Positions 19,339-29,775 of a stretch of DNA of 64,000 bases are shown here, piece by piece (the first letter of the stretch is position 1; every line of letters begins with the position of its first letter). The position numbers and the translations under genes are program-made. Under the pieces are notes generated by a model. It was not told the DNA's origin and made no database searches. It saw nothing but the letters and a program-made list of their open reading frames with translations. The stretch comes from Eubacteriales bacterium (GTDB lineage Bacteria > Bacillota > Clostridia > Saccharofermentanales > Fastidiosipilaceae): assembly GCA_030537565.1 (NCBI GenBank), contig JAUNVS010000001.1, positions 6,785 through 70,784 of the forward strand, read 5' to 3'.

Positions 19339-20439
19339 ATGCTTTCCATGGATCAGACGCTTTCTAGCCTCTCGGCCAAGAACTGGGATCTCGTAATCCT
19401 CGGGGCGGGGCCTGCAGGACTCTATACGGCCCTCGAATTGAAACGGCTCCGCAGCCGCGCGCGGATTCTACTCGTCGATCGCCTCCCTCGCATCGGTGGC
19501 AAGCTCCGGTATACAGGCGGTGGGCGCTGTAATCTATCCCAGGCCCTCGATCGCGAGGCACTCGTCCAGGCCTTTGGTAAATCGGGTCGCTTCCTCTATC
19601 CGGCTTTTAAGCAACTGGACCCAGCGGCTCTTCGAAACTCTCTGCATAGCTATGGAATCTCAACGCTCATCGACAGCGAAGGGCGGATCTATCCTCGCTC
19701 TCAATCTGGACTCGAGGTCGAGGCCAGTTTTTCCGAAGCCATCCGCCGTGCTCAAATCGACCTCTGTTTAAATACAGAGATTCGTTCGATTCATATGGAA
19801 AATGAAAACTACGTCCTCCAGAGTGCAGGAGGTGACGAAATCTGCAGTCGGCGCCTCGTCCTCGCATCGGGTTGCCCTGCGGGGAAGTCGGCGAAATCAG
19901 CGCCCCTATCAATTTGCCACGTCGGCGCCCTGAGTCTCAAGCTTAATCTCGTCCAACTGCAAGCGGCCCTCGCTGCCCTCGAGTCAGAGACCGTTAAATC
20001 ATGGAAGCTAGCTGGCATCAGTCTCCCGCGAGTGCGCATCCAGTACCGTCCCCCAAAAGGGGCGAAAATTACCGAAGAAAACGCGATTCTCTTTACGCAC
20101 CGTGGTCTCAGCGGTCCCGCGATCTTAAATCTTTCACGCCATCTGCTAGCGGGGATTGAAATTCTGTGGAGGATTGACATCTTTCGTGAGCCGAGATCAA
20201 GCGGCTCTGATTCTAGCGATCCAGGCCTTCCGAAACGACTCGTCCGCGCCCTCATCGACGAACGGGGACTCGATCCCCACCGGCTCGTCATTAATGATCT
20301 TCGAGTTCCTGACATCTCGTCCGGAATGCAGTGCCGTGGTGGCATCTCTCTAAAAGACTTGGATCCTCAGTCATTTACGATCAAGTCGATGCCAGGCCTC
20401 TATGCAGTCGGAGACCAAGTTGATCTGTGGTGGCTTTAA
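19339..20439 (+). CDS. HI0933/BaiN-family FAD flavoprotein; the C-terminus appears frameshifted
   Basis: DLVILGAGPAGL is the FAD motif. The family's C-terminal CGGFNLHLAFASARLAA... is encoded in the +1 frame at 20423..20506. Confidence 0.7.
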   Translation: MLSMDQTLSSLSAKNWDLVILGAGPAGLYTALELKRLRSRARILLVDRLPRIGGKLRYTGGGRCNLSQALDREALVQAFGKSGRFLYPAFKQLDPAALRNSLHSYGISTLIDSEGRIYPRSQSGLEVEASFSEAIRRAQIDLCLNTEIRSIHMENENYVLQSAGGDEICSRRLVLASGCPAGKSAKSAPLSICHVGALSLKLNLVQLQAALAALESETVKSWKLAGISLPRVRIQYRPPKGAKITEENAILFTHRGLSGPAILNLSRHLLAGIEILWRIDIFREPRSSGSDSSDPGLPKRLVRALIDERGLDPHRLVINDLRVPDISSGMQCRGGISLKDLDPQSFTIKSMPGLYAVGDQVDLWWL

Positions 20440-20502
20440 CTTACATCTCGCCTTTGCAAGTGCCAGACTTGCCGCCCTCGATATTGCTCGCAGTCTCCCG
20501 GC

Positions 20503-21912
20503 CTAATGTGTCAGCTGATGTACCCAGCGGTATCGTCTGAGCACGATAAAGACTGGAATACACTTAAAGAGCTGATCGAAGCGCAGGAAGAAATACACCC
20601 AGCCAACATCTAATTTCCAGGTAAAGGCAGCCAAAGCCGCAAGCGGGATCGACAGGACTAGAACGTAGGCAATATCGTTAATCATCGAAAAATAGACGGC
20701 ACCACCCGCACGCATCACCCCGGTTAAGATCGGCAACTGGTACGAACAGGCGATCATCGCAGGTAGTGATATCCACAGGAATCGACGGGTCAGGGCCAAG
20801 GCCTCTGGACTGAGCTCTGTGAAAAAGATCGGGACCAAAGGCATGCATATCAAGAGTATGACGGCAAAGAAACAGCCTGCAATCAGAATAAAGACCTGCA
20901 AACTCCTCATCTGAGGACGCAGTTGATCCAGACGCCCCGAACCGATCTGCTGGCTAGTTAAGACCGCTGCGCCGTCGCGAAGGCCATAGATGCCGACCGA
21001 GAGCATCTGACCGAGGGAGTTGGCGACAGTGACTGCCGTAACAGCAGTTGCACCGAGGCGCCCGACGATGGCGCCCTGGATGGCGAGATTGACGCCCCAA
21101 AACATATCCCCTGCCAGGATCGCACTGCCGTAGCGGAAGTAATCCCTGAGAAGACGCCAGCGGATGCGAACCCTCAGGGTTTCGATGAAGCGGAGTTTCA
21201 AGCGACGGTGGTTGCTGAAGTAGAGCATCATGCTGAATTCAACAATGCGAGCGACTAAGGTCGCGTAGGCTGCGCCGGGCAAACCGAGGCCAGTCCAAAA
21301 TCCCCCCTGCGGGAAAATTAAAAGATAGTTCAGCACAGCGTTAATAAGAAAGGCCGTCAGCGATGCATAAAAGCCTTCGCGGGCTCGATTCTGAACTCTC
21401 AGTAGCACATTTAAAACCGCTGCCTCGATGGTTAATGGCCAGGTGAATGCAAGAATTTTGAAATACGGGATAGCCGTATTGATCAGCTGACTGTTATCTG
21501 AAAATAGCTGCAGGCAGGCAGTTGGGCGGAAAAATGCAAAGGCGCTGACGCTGAGCGATAGAGTCGCCGCACAGAAAAAGGCGATGCGGTGCAAAATCGA
21601 GACAGCTTTGTAGTCTCTCCGACCAAAATATTGACCTGCGATGGCGATAAAGGCGGACGCAAAACCGATGCCCGCCATAATCAGGAGGTTCGTGAGCTGG
21701 TTGGCGAGAAAAATCGCTGAAATCGCCTGGTCTCCAAGACGCCCAACGATAAGATTATCTAGGAGGGCGACGCCTTGGGTGATCATCGACTGCAGCGCAA
21801 TTGGCCAAGCGAGAGCCATTAGGGTTCGAAAATACTGGGGGTCTTTTGCAAAGCCCGCTTGTTGAGGGACGGGCGTCGCTGCGACGCTACGTAAGGTCAA
21901 TCGACTCATCAC
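20503..21912 (-). CDS. MATE family efflux transporter
   Basis: 469 aa polytopic protein with a MATE-like N-terminus (ALAWPIALQSMITQGVALLDNLIVGRLG). Confidence 0.85.
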   Translation of the reverse strand: MMSRLTLRSVAATPVPQQAGFAKDPQYFRTLMALAWPIALQSMITQGVALLDNLIVGRLGDQAISAIFLANQLTNLLIMAGIGFASAFIAIAGQYFGRRDYKAVSILHRIAFFCAATLSLSVSAFAFFRPTACLQLFSDNSQLINTAIPYFKILAFTWPLTIEAAVLNVLLRVQNRAREGFYASLTAFLINAVLNYLLIFPQGGFWTGLGLPGAAYATLVARIVEFSMMLYFSNHRRLKLRFIETLRVRIRWRLLRDYFRYGSAILAGDMFWGVNLAIQGAIVGRLGATAVTAVTVANSLGQMLSVGIYGLRDGAAVLTSQQIGSGRLDQLRPQMRSLQVFILIAGCFFAVILLICMPLVPIFFTELSPEALALTRRFLWISLPAMIACSYQLPILTGVMRAGGAVYFSMINDIAYVLVLSIPLAALAAFTWKLDVGWVYFFLRFDQLFKCIPVFIVLRRYRWVHQLTH

Positions 21913-22023
21913 GAAACTCCTTAAGACATCATCTTAAGACGCAGATTTCGCGTCTCTAAGACGGATAATATCGGCGCCACTTCTGCAGTTAGAACGTGTG
22001 GAGGCAATTGAGGCAAACTGGCC

Positions 22024-23082
22024 TCAGTCAACATTAATTGTTCCCTGCTTCAACTGTCTAAACACCTCGATGGCCGCATCCACCTCCGCATCACTGCTCG
22101 CATAGGAGAGAACAAGACGAACCACGACCTCTTCGTCTGAAACGCCAAATCGCTCACAGATCATCTTCGAGCGCAGGGCTTTTAGATCCGCTTCCGATAG
22201 AAGCAAGAAGAGTTGATTCGATGCAGGAGGCATGTAGAAACGATAGCCCATCTTGACGAGGGCAGCGGCGAGATTCATCGACTGACAGTGAATTTTCCGC
22301 CCGATCTCGAGGTAGAGTCCATCTTCGAAGAGCGCTTCAAATTGAAGGCCCTGAAAAAAGCCCTTCGATGCGAGGGCACCGCATTGTTTTTGAACTGTGA
22401 AAAAATGCTTCGAGAATAGCGATAATTTCAGAAGTAGGGCCTCGGCAGATACCGCTCCCATCTTCGTGGCACCAATCGTCAAACCATCGGCAAAGCGGGC
22501 CAGTTCTGCGAGGCTGGGAGCTTCGGGATCAGCCAGTGCCACCGCTAGGCGAGCCCCATCGACATAGAGACGAAGGTCACTCTCTCGACAGATCTCGCTT
22601 AAGGCCTCAAGCTCCTTCGCAGTATAAACGGTCCCAAGCTCAGTTGGCTGAGTGATGTAGAGCAGGCCAGGTTTCGTCGAGTGCAGACGATGTTCATCTT
22701 CGTAGCGCATCTTTAAGAAATACTTCAGACGCTCCGGATCCATCTTACCGTTGACTCCAGGGATGCAATCGATCTTATGGCCCGTCGCCTCAATCGCCCC
22801 AGCTTCGAGAGAAACAATATGAGCAGTATCGACTGCAACCACTGACTCATAGGCTTGAATCAGCGATTTAATCGCCGTCAGATTGACCTGGGTCCCCCCC
22901 TGAAAAAAATATATCCAATGTTCTTCAGGATTCGTCTGACAAGCTTCATAAATCAAGGTCTTAGCCCGTTCACTATGACTATCGAGACCATAAGGGGTAT
23001 TACTCTCGTTCGCATGCTTCACGAGCCATCCCATGACATCTGGATGCGCGAGACGACTATAATCGTTGCCAAAATTTAACAT
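22024..23082 (-). CDS. Threonine aldolase / beta-eliminating lyase family PLP enzyme
   Basis: 352 aa. MLNFGNDYSRLAHPDV...GLDSHSERAK and an internal GATKMG lysine region look like the threonine aldolase family. Confidence 0.65.
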   Translation of the reverse strand: MLNFGNDYSRLAHPDVMGWLVKHANESNTPYGLDSHSERAKTLIYEACQTNPEEHWIYFFQGGTQVNLTAIKSLIQAYESVVAVDTAHIVSLEAGAIEATGHKIDCIPGVNGKMDPERLKYFLKMRYEDEHRLHSTKPGLLYITQPTELGTVYTAKELEALSEICRESDLRLYVDGARLAVALADPEAPSLAELARFADGLTIGATKMGAVSAEALLLKLSLFSKHFFTVQKQCGALASKGFFQGLQFEALFEDGLYLEIGRKIHCQSMNLAAALVKMGYRFYMPPASNQLFLLLSEADLKALRSKMICERFGVSDEEVVVRLVLSYASSDAEVDAAIEVFRQLKQGTINVD

Positions 23083-23121
23083 AAAAATCCTCGTATCATT
23101 GAGAGTATTTCAAAGCGCCCT

Positions 23122-23913
23122 CTAATCGCCCCAAAGACTGAGCGTATTCGCATAACTACGTTCAGCGACCGCTTCGAGGCTTAGTCCTCGAAGCTCCGCA
23201 ATTTTAGCAGCAATATGGATTAAATGGGAGGGTTCATTGCGCCGTCCACGACGCGGCTCTGGAGATAAATATGGCGAATCTGTCTCAATCAGGAATCGAT
23301 CAAGCGGACATGCAGCCAAAACCTCAGGGAGACGACGCGAATTTTTAAAAGTCAGGGGTCCATCAAATCCAATATAGAAACCGAGCTCAAAGAGCTCCCG
23401 AAGCATCTCTGGCGAGCCACTATAACAATGAAAAACGCCCGCCCGTTCTCGGAGAAGTCCATCTGCCTTAGCCCCCTGGAGAATGTCGAGGCAGTCTCGG
23501 TGGGCATCGCGATCATGAATGATGATCGGTAGATTCAATTCATGAGCGATTTCGATCTGACGACGAAAGACGCGTTTCTGAATCTCTCGCTCTGTATTTT
23601 CGTAATAATAATCTAAACCGATCTCCCCTAGTGCAAGGATTCGATTCTTCGGGGCTCTCGAGAAAACGTCAAAAAGCAAGGCTTCGACCTCAGAGTCATC
23701 GAAGTATTTTGCATCTTGGGGATGGAGGCCGAGCGCCCCCCGCATCTTCGGCCAGGGCTCGATGAAGGACTCGATCGCCCGCATCGAGTCAAGATCGCAG
23801 GCGATGACCATCATCCGCTCCACCCCAACGTCGAGGGCACGCTGATATACCTCGACGAGATCTTCTCGGAAATCCTCGTCATTGAGGTGGCAATGACTAT
23901 CGTATAGTTGCAT
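23122..23913 (-). CDS. TatD family metal-dependent hydrolase
   Basis: MQLYDSHCHLND..., GEIGLDYYY, IIHDRDAH and ETDSPYL motifs are present, and it lies adjacent to metG as in many Firmicutes. Confidence 0.88.
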   Translation of the reverse strand: MQLYDSHCHLNDEDFREDLVEVYQRALDVGVERMMVIACDLDSMRAIESFIEPWPKMRGALGLHPQDAKYFDDSEVEALLFDVFSRAPKNRILALGEIGLDYYYENTEREIQKRVFRRQIEIAHELNLPIIIHDRDAHRDCLDILQGAKADGLLRERAGVFHCYSGSPEMLRELFELGFYIGFDGPLTFKNSRRLPEVLAACPLDRFLIETDSPYLSPEPRRGRRNEPSHLIHIAAKIAELRGLSLEAVAERSYANTLSLWGD

Positions 23914-23924
23914 ATGTCCTCCGT

Positions 23925-25934
23925 CTAACCGACTTCAGAACCGTTGTCGACGTCAGATTCCGGGCGCAATAGTACGAGGCGACCATCGCCATCTTCGGCA
24001 CAGAGAAGCATCCCCTGAGAGAGCACGCCACGAATCTTGCGGGGTTTAAGATTTTCCAAATAGAGAACCTGTTTGCCAAGCATTTCCTCGGGACTATAGT
24101 GCTCTGCAATACCAGAAACAACCGTTACCTCACGGCCCGAGCTGAGCTCAAGTGTAGATTTGAGGAGGCGGTCAGCGTCTTTTACCTTTTCACAAGCGCG
24201 TACTCGGCCAATGCACAAATGCAATTTTTCAAAGTCTTCAAAAGCGATTTCTGCTTTACTGACTGGTGGCTCAGTCGCTTCCTCAGCTGTTGAGGTCGTT
24301 TTGCAACTCACAGACACTGCCGCTTCGCTGCTCATATTTTCGTCTTCTAGACTCGCGAGCTCGGCATCGATATCGATGCGTGGGAAAAGTGGTTGCGCCG
24401 CCTCGATCTTTACACTTGTCTCGAAGTTTTCATACGTCCCCAGTTTGGCAAAGGCAGCAATCTCCGCTTCCGAGTCGAGAGAAATTCCAATAGCACTGAG
24501 AATCTTGGTCGCACTATCTGGCATAAAGGGCAAGAGCGCAATCGCCGACTGACGCAGAGACTCAAAGAGATTGGCCAGTACGCTCGCGAGGCGATTTCGC
24601 TTGGATTCGTCTTTTGCGAGAATCCAGGGCATCGTCTCATCGATGTACTTATTCGATCTAGAGATAAAGCGCCAGAGGGCTGCGAGAGCTTGATTAAAGT
24701 GCAAGCCCTCCATCGCACGCCGATAATCAGCCATGGACACCGAGAGAACTGTCTTCCAATCCTCATCGATCGCTTCGGGCTCTCGGGCCTCGGGCAAGCG
24801 GCCTGAGAAATATTTACTCAACATCGCCGTCGAACGGCTCAAAAGGTTACCGAGATCGTTCGCAAGATCGGCATTTAGCCGCTCGAGGAAACTGCGGTCG
24901 CTAAATCGGCCATCCATTCCAAATGGGATCTCACGCATCAGGTAATAGCGAACGCAGTCGACACCATAGCGTTCACAGAGGTCCTGAGCATAGACGACGT
25001 TCCCCTTTGACTTACTCATCTTCACGCCCCCCTCCATCAGGAGCCAGCCGTGAGCGAAGATTTGCTTGGGAAGTTCAAGTCCAAGCGCCATGAGAATCGC
25101 AGGCCAGTAGAGGGCATGGAAGCGGCTAATATCCTTACCGACGAGGTGGACGTCACAGGGCCAGAACTTCTTAAAGTTCCCCGCTGGATCTGTCTCTGCC
25201 TCTGGATATCCTAGGGCCGAAATATAATTGCTGAGGGCGTCAATCCAGACGTAGACCACATGCCCTGGATCAATAGGAACTGGAACGCCCCAGTCAAAGC
25301 TGGACCGCGTCACTGCGATGTCTTCAAGACCTGGTTCGAGGAAGTTCGTAATCAGCTCATTCATGCGACTCGTTGGCTGGAGAAAATCTGGATGTGATTT
25401 AAAGTACTCCAAGATCTTCGGGCCATATTTCGAGAGACGGAAGAAATAGGAGCGCTCTTTTGTCCACTCTAAGGCTCGGTTGCAGTCGGGACAGACCCCT
25501 TCACTCGCCTGAGACTCGGTCCAATAGGCTTCACAGGGCGTGCAATACCAACCTTCATAATCCGACTCGTAAATATCGCCCTGCTCATATAGCCGCTCAA
25601 AAATGGTCTGAACCGCTTGCACGTGATGCTCATCGGTCGTCCGAATGAAGCCGTCGTAAGAAATATTGAGTAATTTCCAAAGCGCACGAATTTCCTCAGC
25701 TTGGATGTCGAGATAGGCCTGCGGCTCCATACCAGCAGCCTCGGCCGTCCTCTGAATCTTCTGACCATGTTCATCCATGCCAGTTAGGAAGAAGACATCT
25801 TCGCCAAGTAGGCGGTGGTAGCGTGCGAGGACATCGCTAACCACGGTGGTATACGAGTTTCCGAGGGTCAACTTACAACTCGGATAATAGATCGGAGTTG
25901 TAAGGTAGTAGGGTTTATGGCTTATTTCGGACAT
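23925..25934 (-). CDS. metG: Methionine--tRNA ligase with C-terminal tRNA-binding domain
   Basis: 669 aa with the KMSKSKGN motif, a zinc knuckle (CTPCEAYW...CPDC) and a C-terminal EMAP/Trbp111-like domain. Confidence 0.95.
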   Translation of the reverse strand: MSEISHKPYYLTTPIYYPSCKLTLGNSYTTVVSDVLARYHRLLGEDVFFLTGMDEHGQKIQRTAEAAGMEPQAYLDIQAEEIRALWKLLNISYDGFIRTTDEHHVQAVQTIFERLYEQGDIYESDYEGWYCTPCEAYWTESQASEGVCPDCNRALEWTKERSYFFRLSKYGPKILEYFKSHPDFLQPTSRMNELITNFLEPGLEDIAVTRSSFDWGVPVPIDPGHVVYVWIDALSNYISALGYPEAETDPAGNFKKFWPCDVHLVGKDISRFHALYWPAILMALGLELPKQIFAHGWLLMEGGVKMSKSKGNVVYAQDLCERYGVDCVRYYLMREIPFGMDGRFSDRSFLERLNADLANDLGNLLSRSTAMLSKYFSGRLPEAREPEAIDEDWKTVLSVSMADYRRAMEGLHFNQALAALWRFISRSNKYIDETMPWILAKDESKRNRLASVLANLFESLRQSAIALLPFMPDSATKILSAIGISLDSEAEIAAFAKLGTYENFETSVKIEAAQPLFPRIDIDAELASLEDENMSSEAAVSVSCKTTSTAEEATEPPVSKAEIAFEDFEKLHLCIGRVRACEKVKDADRLLKSTLELSSGREVTVVSGIAEHYSPEEMLGKQVLYLENLKPRKIRGVLSQGMLLCAEDGDGRLVLLRPESDVDNGSEVG

Positions 25935-26008
25935 CTGAAATTCACACCTTTCTGCTGGTGATGTGCAGAGTTCGTCTCTATAAAAGAAACGCCTCAGGAT
26001 TCAACAAT

Positions 26009-26524
26009 TTAGAGGGTTTCGGGTTTCTCAGCTTCGTATGCTGGATCCAATTCAATTCGCAGGATTTTCTGTTCCTGAATCGGGCGATCACTCATATCCG
26101 TTTCAACATTTGCAATCAGATCGAGAACATCCAAGCCGTCGATAACCCGCCCAAATGATGCATACTGGCCATCGAGGTGGGGTGAGTTTTGGTGCATGAT
26201 AAAGAACTGCGAACCAGCTGAATTGGGATCATACGCGCGAGCCATCGAAAGCACACCGCGCTCATGGCGAAGTGGAAACGGTGGTAAACCACCTGCAAAT
26301 TCCGCTTTAATCATCCAACCCGGGCCGCCCATGCCCGTCCCCGTCGGATCTCCTCCCTGAATCATAAACTCCGGGATGACGCGGTGAAAAATCAAACCGT
26401 CATAAAATCCAGTCGAAGCGAGGTACGCAAAATTTTTAACTGTATTGGGGGCGATCTCGGGATAGAGCTCGAATTGCATCTCGCCACCGTTCTCCATAAT
26501 AATTTTTCCGTGAATTGTCTTCAT
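26009..26524 (-). CDS. ppiB: Peptidylprolyl isomerase (cyclophilin type)
   Basis: FHRVIPEFMIQGGDPTGTGMGGPG and SAGSQFFI motifs. Confidence 0.9.
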   Translation of the reverse strand: MKTIHGKIIMENGGEMQFELYPEIAPNTVKNFAYLASTGFYDGLIFHRVIPEFMIQGGDPTGTGMGGPGWMIKAEFAGGLPPFPLRHERGVLSMARAYDPNSAGSQFFIMHQNSPHLDGQYASFGRVIDGLDVLDLIANVETDMSDRPIQEQKILRIELDPAYEAEKPETL

Positions 26525-26613
26525 GATCTATATCCTTCTTTCTTTCTTCGGTCTCACACAAGTGCTTAGATAATCTCTCCACTGAGCAGATATCAATATT
26601 GTACGACCGGGGG

Positions 26614-28071
26614 TTATTTTTTTAAACGGTGCTTGTTCGCATGCTGGGCGAGGAAGTTCTGCTTCAAAGTCCAGAGTTTCTCCGAAAGGTCAACATAATA
26701 CTGATGTGGGAACTCGAAGCGTTTAACGGCGTCCCAGAGCTGTGCCTGCTGCTTCTGTGCATAAAGTCGAATCGAAGCGAGATCGTAGTCTGGGTAGACA
26801 CATTTCCCCGCCTCGAAAACCGGCTCCAGCAAGTCGCGGACGTAGTAATTCTCGAGGACCTTACGCTTCCAAGTCTGGACTGGGTCGAAGATCTCATAGC
26901 TGTCTGGATCAACGCTCTCCCCCTCGAGGCAGATGAGATCAGCCAATGCCATATCCGTATCGCGATCATAAAAACGGTAGACGCGCTTAGATCCTGGATT
27001 CGTGACCTTCGCAACATTTTCTGAAATTTTCATCCGAGCTTCGAGGACTCCGTTGACCTCAATCGCGCTAAGTTTATACACACCCCCAAAGACGGGCTCA
27101 GACTTCGCTGTAATCAAACGCTCACCGACGCCGAAGGAATCAATCCGCGCTCCCTGTCTCAGAAGCTCCCGGATAATATCCTCATCCAGTGAGTTGCTCG
27201 CAATAATCTTACACTCATGCATCCCCGCCTCATCGAGGATCTCACGGGCTCGCACCGAAAGATAAGCGAGGTCACCAGAGTCGATCCGAACTCCCTTTAA
27301 GCGATACCCGAGGGGGTCGAGGATCTCGCGTTGAATACGAATCGCATTTGGAAGGCCCTGATCGAGGGTGTTGTATGTATCTATGAGGAGCACACAACTC
27401 TCAGGATAGCGCTTGGCGTAGGCCCGAAATGCGGAATACTCATCCGGAAACGACTGAACAAAAGAATGGGCCATCGTACCTGCAACGGGCATATCAAAGT
27501 GTTCTCCCGATGCAGTCAGCGAACTAGCATCAACCCCGCCAATATAGGCCGACCTCGCTCCGTAGAAAGCGGCATCGGCCCCCTGGGCGCGACGAGCCCC
27601 AAACTCCATAACCTGACGGCCCTCAGCCGCCCGAACAATGCGTGCGGCCTTCGTTGCAATCAAGCACTGATGATTAATCGTCAACAACAGCATCGTCTCA
27701 ATAAGCTGAGCTTGAATCAGAGGCCCACGGACCTTCATGATCGGTTCGTGTGGAAAAAGTGGAGTTCCCTCGCGAATCGCCCAGACATCACAGCTAAATT
27801 TCATATCAGCTAAATAAGCTAAAAACGCCTCAGAAAAACGGCCCAAGGAACGCAGATAGGAAATGTCCTCATCACGGAACTTAAAATTGTTGAGATAGTC
27901 AATGACGGGCTGCAAACCCGCCATTAAGGCATAACCGCCACTCTCGGGGATGCGGCGAAAGAAAAGATCAAAACAAGCGGTCTGCTCATGGATTCCTTCG
28001 TCAAAAAACACCTGACTCATCGTCAGTTCATAAAAGTCCATCATCATGGCGGGATTTAGCGATAATCTCAT
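26614..28071 (-). CDS. pncB: Nicotinate phosphoribosyltransferase
   Basis: 485 aa. N-terminus DFYELTMSQVFF and ...GTMAHSFVQSF... are typical of PncB. Confidence 0.88.
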   Translation of the reverse strand: MRLSLNPAMMMDFYELTMSQVFFDEGIHEQTACFDLFFRRIPESGGYALMAGLQPVIDYLNNFKFRDEDISYLRSLGRFSEAFLAYLADMKFSCDVWAIREGTPLFPHEPIMKVRGPLIQAQLIETMLLLTINHQCLIATKAARIVRAAEGRQVMEFGARRAQGADAAFYGARSAYIGGVDASSLTASGEHFDMPVAGTMAHSFVQSFPDEYSAFRAYAKRYPESCVLLIDTYNTLDQGLPNAIRIQREILDPLGYRLKGVRIDSGDLAYLSVRAREILDEAGMHECKIIASNSLDEDIIRELLRQGARIDSFGVGERLITAKSEPVFGGVYKLSAIEVNGVLEARMKISENVAKVTNPGSKRVYRFYDRDTDMALADLICLEGESVDPDSYEIFDPVQTWKRKVLENYYVRDLLEPVFEAGKCVYPDYDLASIRLYAQKQQAQLWDAVKRFEFPHQYYVDLSEKLWTLKQNFLAQHANKHRLKK

Positions 28072-28124
28072 AGCGATCCTCCAGACCTTACCCTCAGAAC
28101 ACGTCCGCTAGCACATTTTGAAAA

Positions 28125-28964
28125 TTATAACAAAGTAGGCGTCGGTCTGTTCGAATCAGGGTAGTGAAAATCGGGGCTGTGCCCACTTGGATAATCCACA
28201 GACTCGAGGCAGAGCCCTGCCGCTGGCATCGTCTTTCCCAATAGACGACGATCACCACTTCGCAATGCCGCTTCCAGATCACTGAGTTCAAGACGCCCCT
28301 GACCTATATAGAGCAAGGTCCCCGCAATAATTCGAACCATGTTGTAGAGAAAACCACTGCCGTGAATATCGAGTCGGAGGATTTTCCCTGGGATCTGACG
28401 GTAACTGTCTTCGAAGCTAAGCTCGAGGCGGTCGACCTCGCGAACAGTCGAGCCTTTTAAGTCCGAACCCGCAGCCTGGAAGCACTTGAAATCTTTCTTT
28501 CCACGAATCATCTCAGCAGCTTCACGCATCGCCTGAAGATCGAGTTCTCTATCATGCATGGCCACAAAACTACTTTGATCAACGTAGAGTGCATGACGAG
28601 CATTTCCGAGGTAGTAACGATAGCTATAAGACTTTCCACAGGCATCGAATCTGGCATGGAAGTCGAGAGGCATCTCCGCCGCAGCCAAGACACTGATATC
28701 TTCTGGTAGATGGGCATTTAGGGCGAGTGCCAAGCGCTCAACGGGAATCGGGCAGCTCGTAATAAAGTGGGAAACATGTCCGTGAGCATGAACACCTGCA
28801 TCGGTCCGCGAACAACCGTGGATACGAATGGCTTCTTTACAAATCTTAGAAGCAGCACGTTCCAGACATCCCTGAATCGACGGTGCATTCTCCTGATACT
28901 GAAACCCTGAGTAACATCGCCCGAGGTAGGCGCAACAAATGACTAAGCAACGCGGTTCTGACAT
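28125..28964 (-). CDS. truA: tRNA pseudouridine(38-40) synthase
   Basis: YLGRCYSGFQYQ and the catalytic GCSRTDAGVHA motif. It sits downstream of ecfT as in Bacilli. Confidence 0.9.
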   Translation of the reverse strand: MSEPRCLVICCAYLGRCYSGFQYQENAPSIQGCLERAASKICKEAIRIHGCSRTDAGVHAHGHVSHFITSCPIPVERLALALNAHLPEDISVLAAAEMPLDFHARFDACGKSYSYRYYLGNARHALYVDQSSFVAMHDRELDLQAMREAAEMIRGKKDFKCFQAAGSDLKGSTVREVDRLELSFEDSYRQIPGKILRLDIHGSGFLYNMVRIIAGTLLYIGQGRLELSDLEAALRSGDRRLLGKTMPAAGLCLESVDYPSGHSPDFHYPDSNRPTPTLL

Positions 28965-28973
28965 GGGGCCTCC

Positions 28974-29771
28974 CTATCGATACTGTAAAACGAGGAGGAC
29001 GATCATGATCGCGAGCGTAACAAAAAAGAAGATCCAATCACTCGCCACGATATGAAACTCACGCATGCGTGTGCGTCCCTCCCCACCTGAGTAACATCGA
29101 GCTTCCATCGCCAGAGCAAGATCGTTTGCTCTTCGAATCGATGTGACGAAAAGCGGGACGAGAATCGTTACCATTCCCTTACAGCGCGAGATGAGGTTGC
29201 CGTCATCATAATTAGCGCCTCGTGAACTCTGAGCTTTCATAATCTTATCGGCCTCAGCGGCGATTGTTGGAATAAAGCGGAGAGCGATCGACATCATCAT
29301 CGCGATTTCGTGGGCTGGAAACTTGATGCGAGTCAATGGACGCATCAAATCTTCAAGCGCCTCTGCGAGGACAAGCACAGAGGTGGTGTGGGTTAGAAAG
29401 AGCGCCGTGCTGAGGACAAGAAGACAGAGCCTGAGTGACATGAGCAGGCCGAGGATCAGCCCATCCTGATAGATGTGAACTCGACCAATGCTGAAAAGGA
29501 TTGGCCCGGATCCACTAAACAAGTTAAAGACAAAGGCCAGAATGCTCAAGATCATGACAGATTTTAGAGATCGTAGAACGGAACGAATCGAGATGCGGCT
29601 GATCACGAGACAGATTCCCAGAAGCAGGGCGAAACTTAAAATCGGGACGGCTTTGGTAAAACAAAATATCACGATCATGAAAATAAAGGAGAGGCAGACT
29701 TTTATCCGAGCATCGAGACGATGGATAAAACTCGTTCCCGCATGATATTGTCCGAGACTAAGAGAGATCAT
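28974..29771 (-). CDS. ecfT: ECF transporter transmembrane (T) component
   Basis: 265 aa membrane protein with the EcfT coupling motifs MSIALRFIP and ...ALAMEARCY. Confidence 0.85.
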   Translation of the reverse strand: MISLSLGQYHAGTSFIHRLDARIKVCLSFIFMIVIFCFTKAVPILSFALLLGICLVISRISIRSVLRSLKSVMILSILAFVFNLFSGSGPILFSIGRVHIYQDGLILGLLMSLRLCLLVLSTALFLTHTTSVLVLAEALEDLMRPLTRIKFPAHEIAMMMSIALRFIPTIAAEADKIMKAQSSRGANYDDGNLISRCKGMVTILVPLFVTSIRRANDLALAMEARCYSGGEGRTRMREFHIVASDWIFFFVTLAIMIVLLVLQYR

Positions 29772-29775
29772 CCAG

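Noticed and set aside
21913-22023. Direct repeats CTTAAGAC / CTTAAGAC / CTAAGAC and a small hairpin upstream of the second MATE gene
   Set aside because: One copy simply contains the RBS (TTAAGGAG on the coding strand). The repeats are short and AT-rich, and the hairpin stem is only 6 bp. This is not enough for a regulatory call.
25935-26008. A T-box leader upstream of metG
   Set aside because: Only 74 nt separate metG from the ppiB stop, which is far too short for a T-box (about 200 nt or more).
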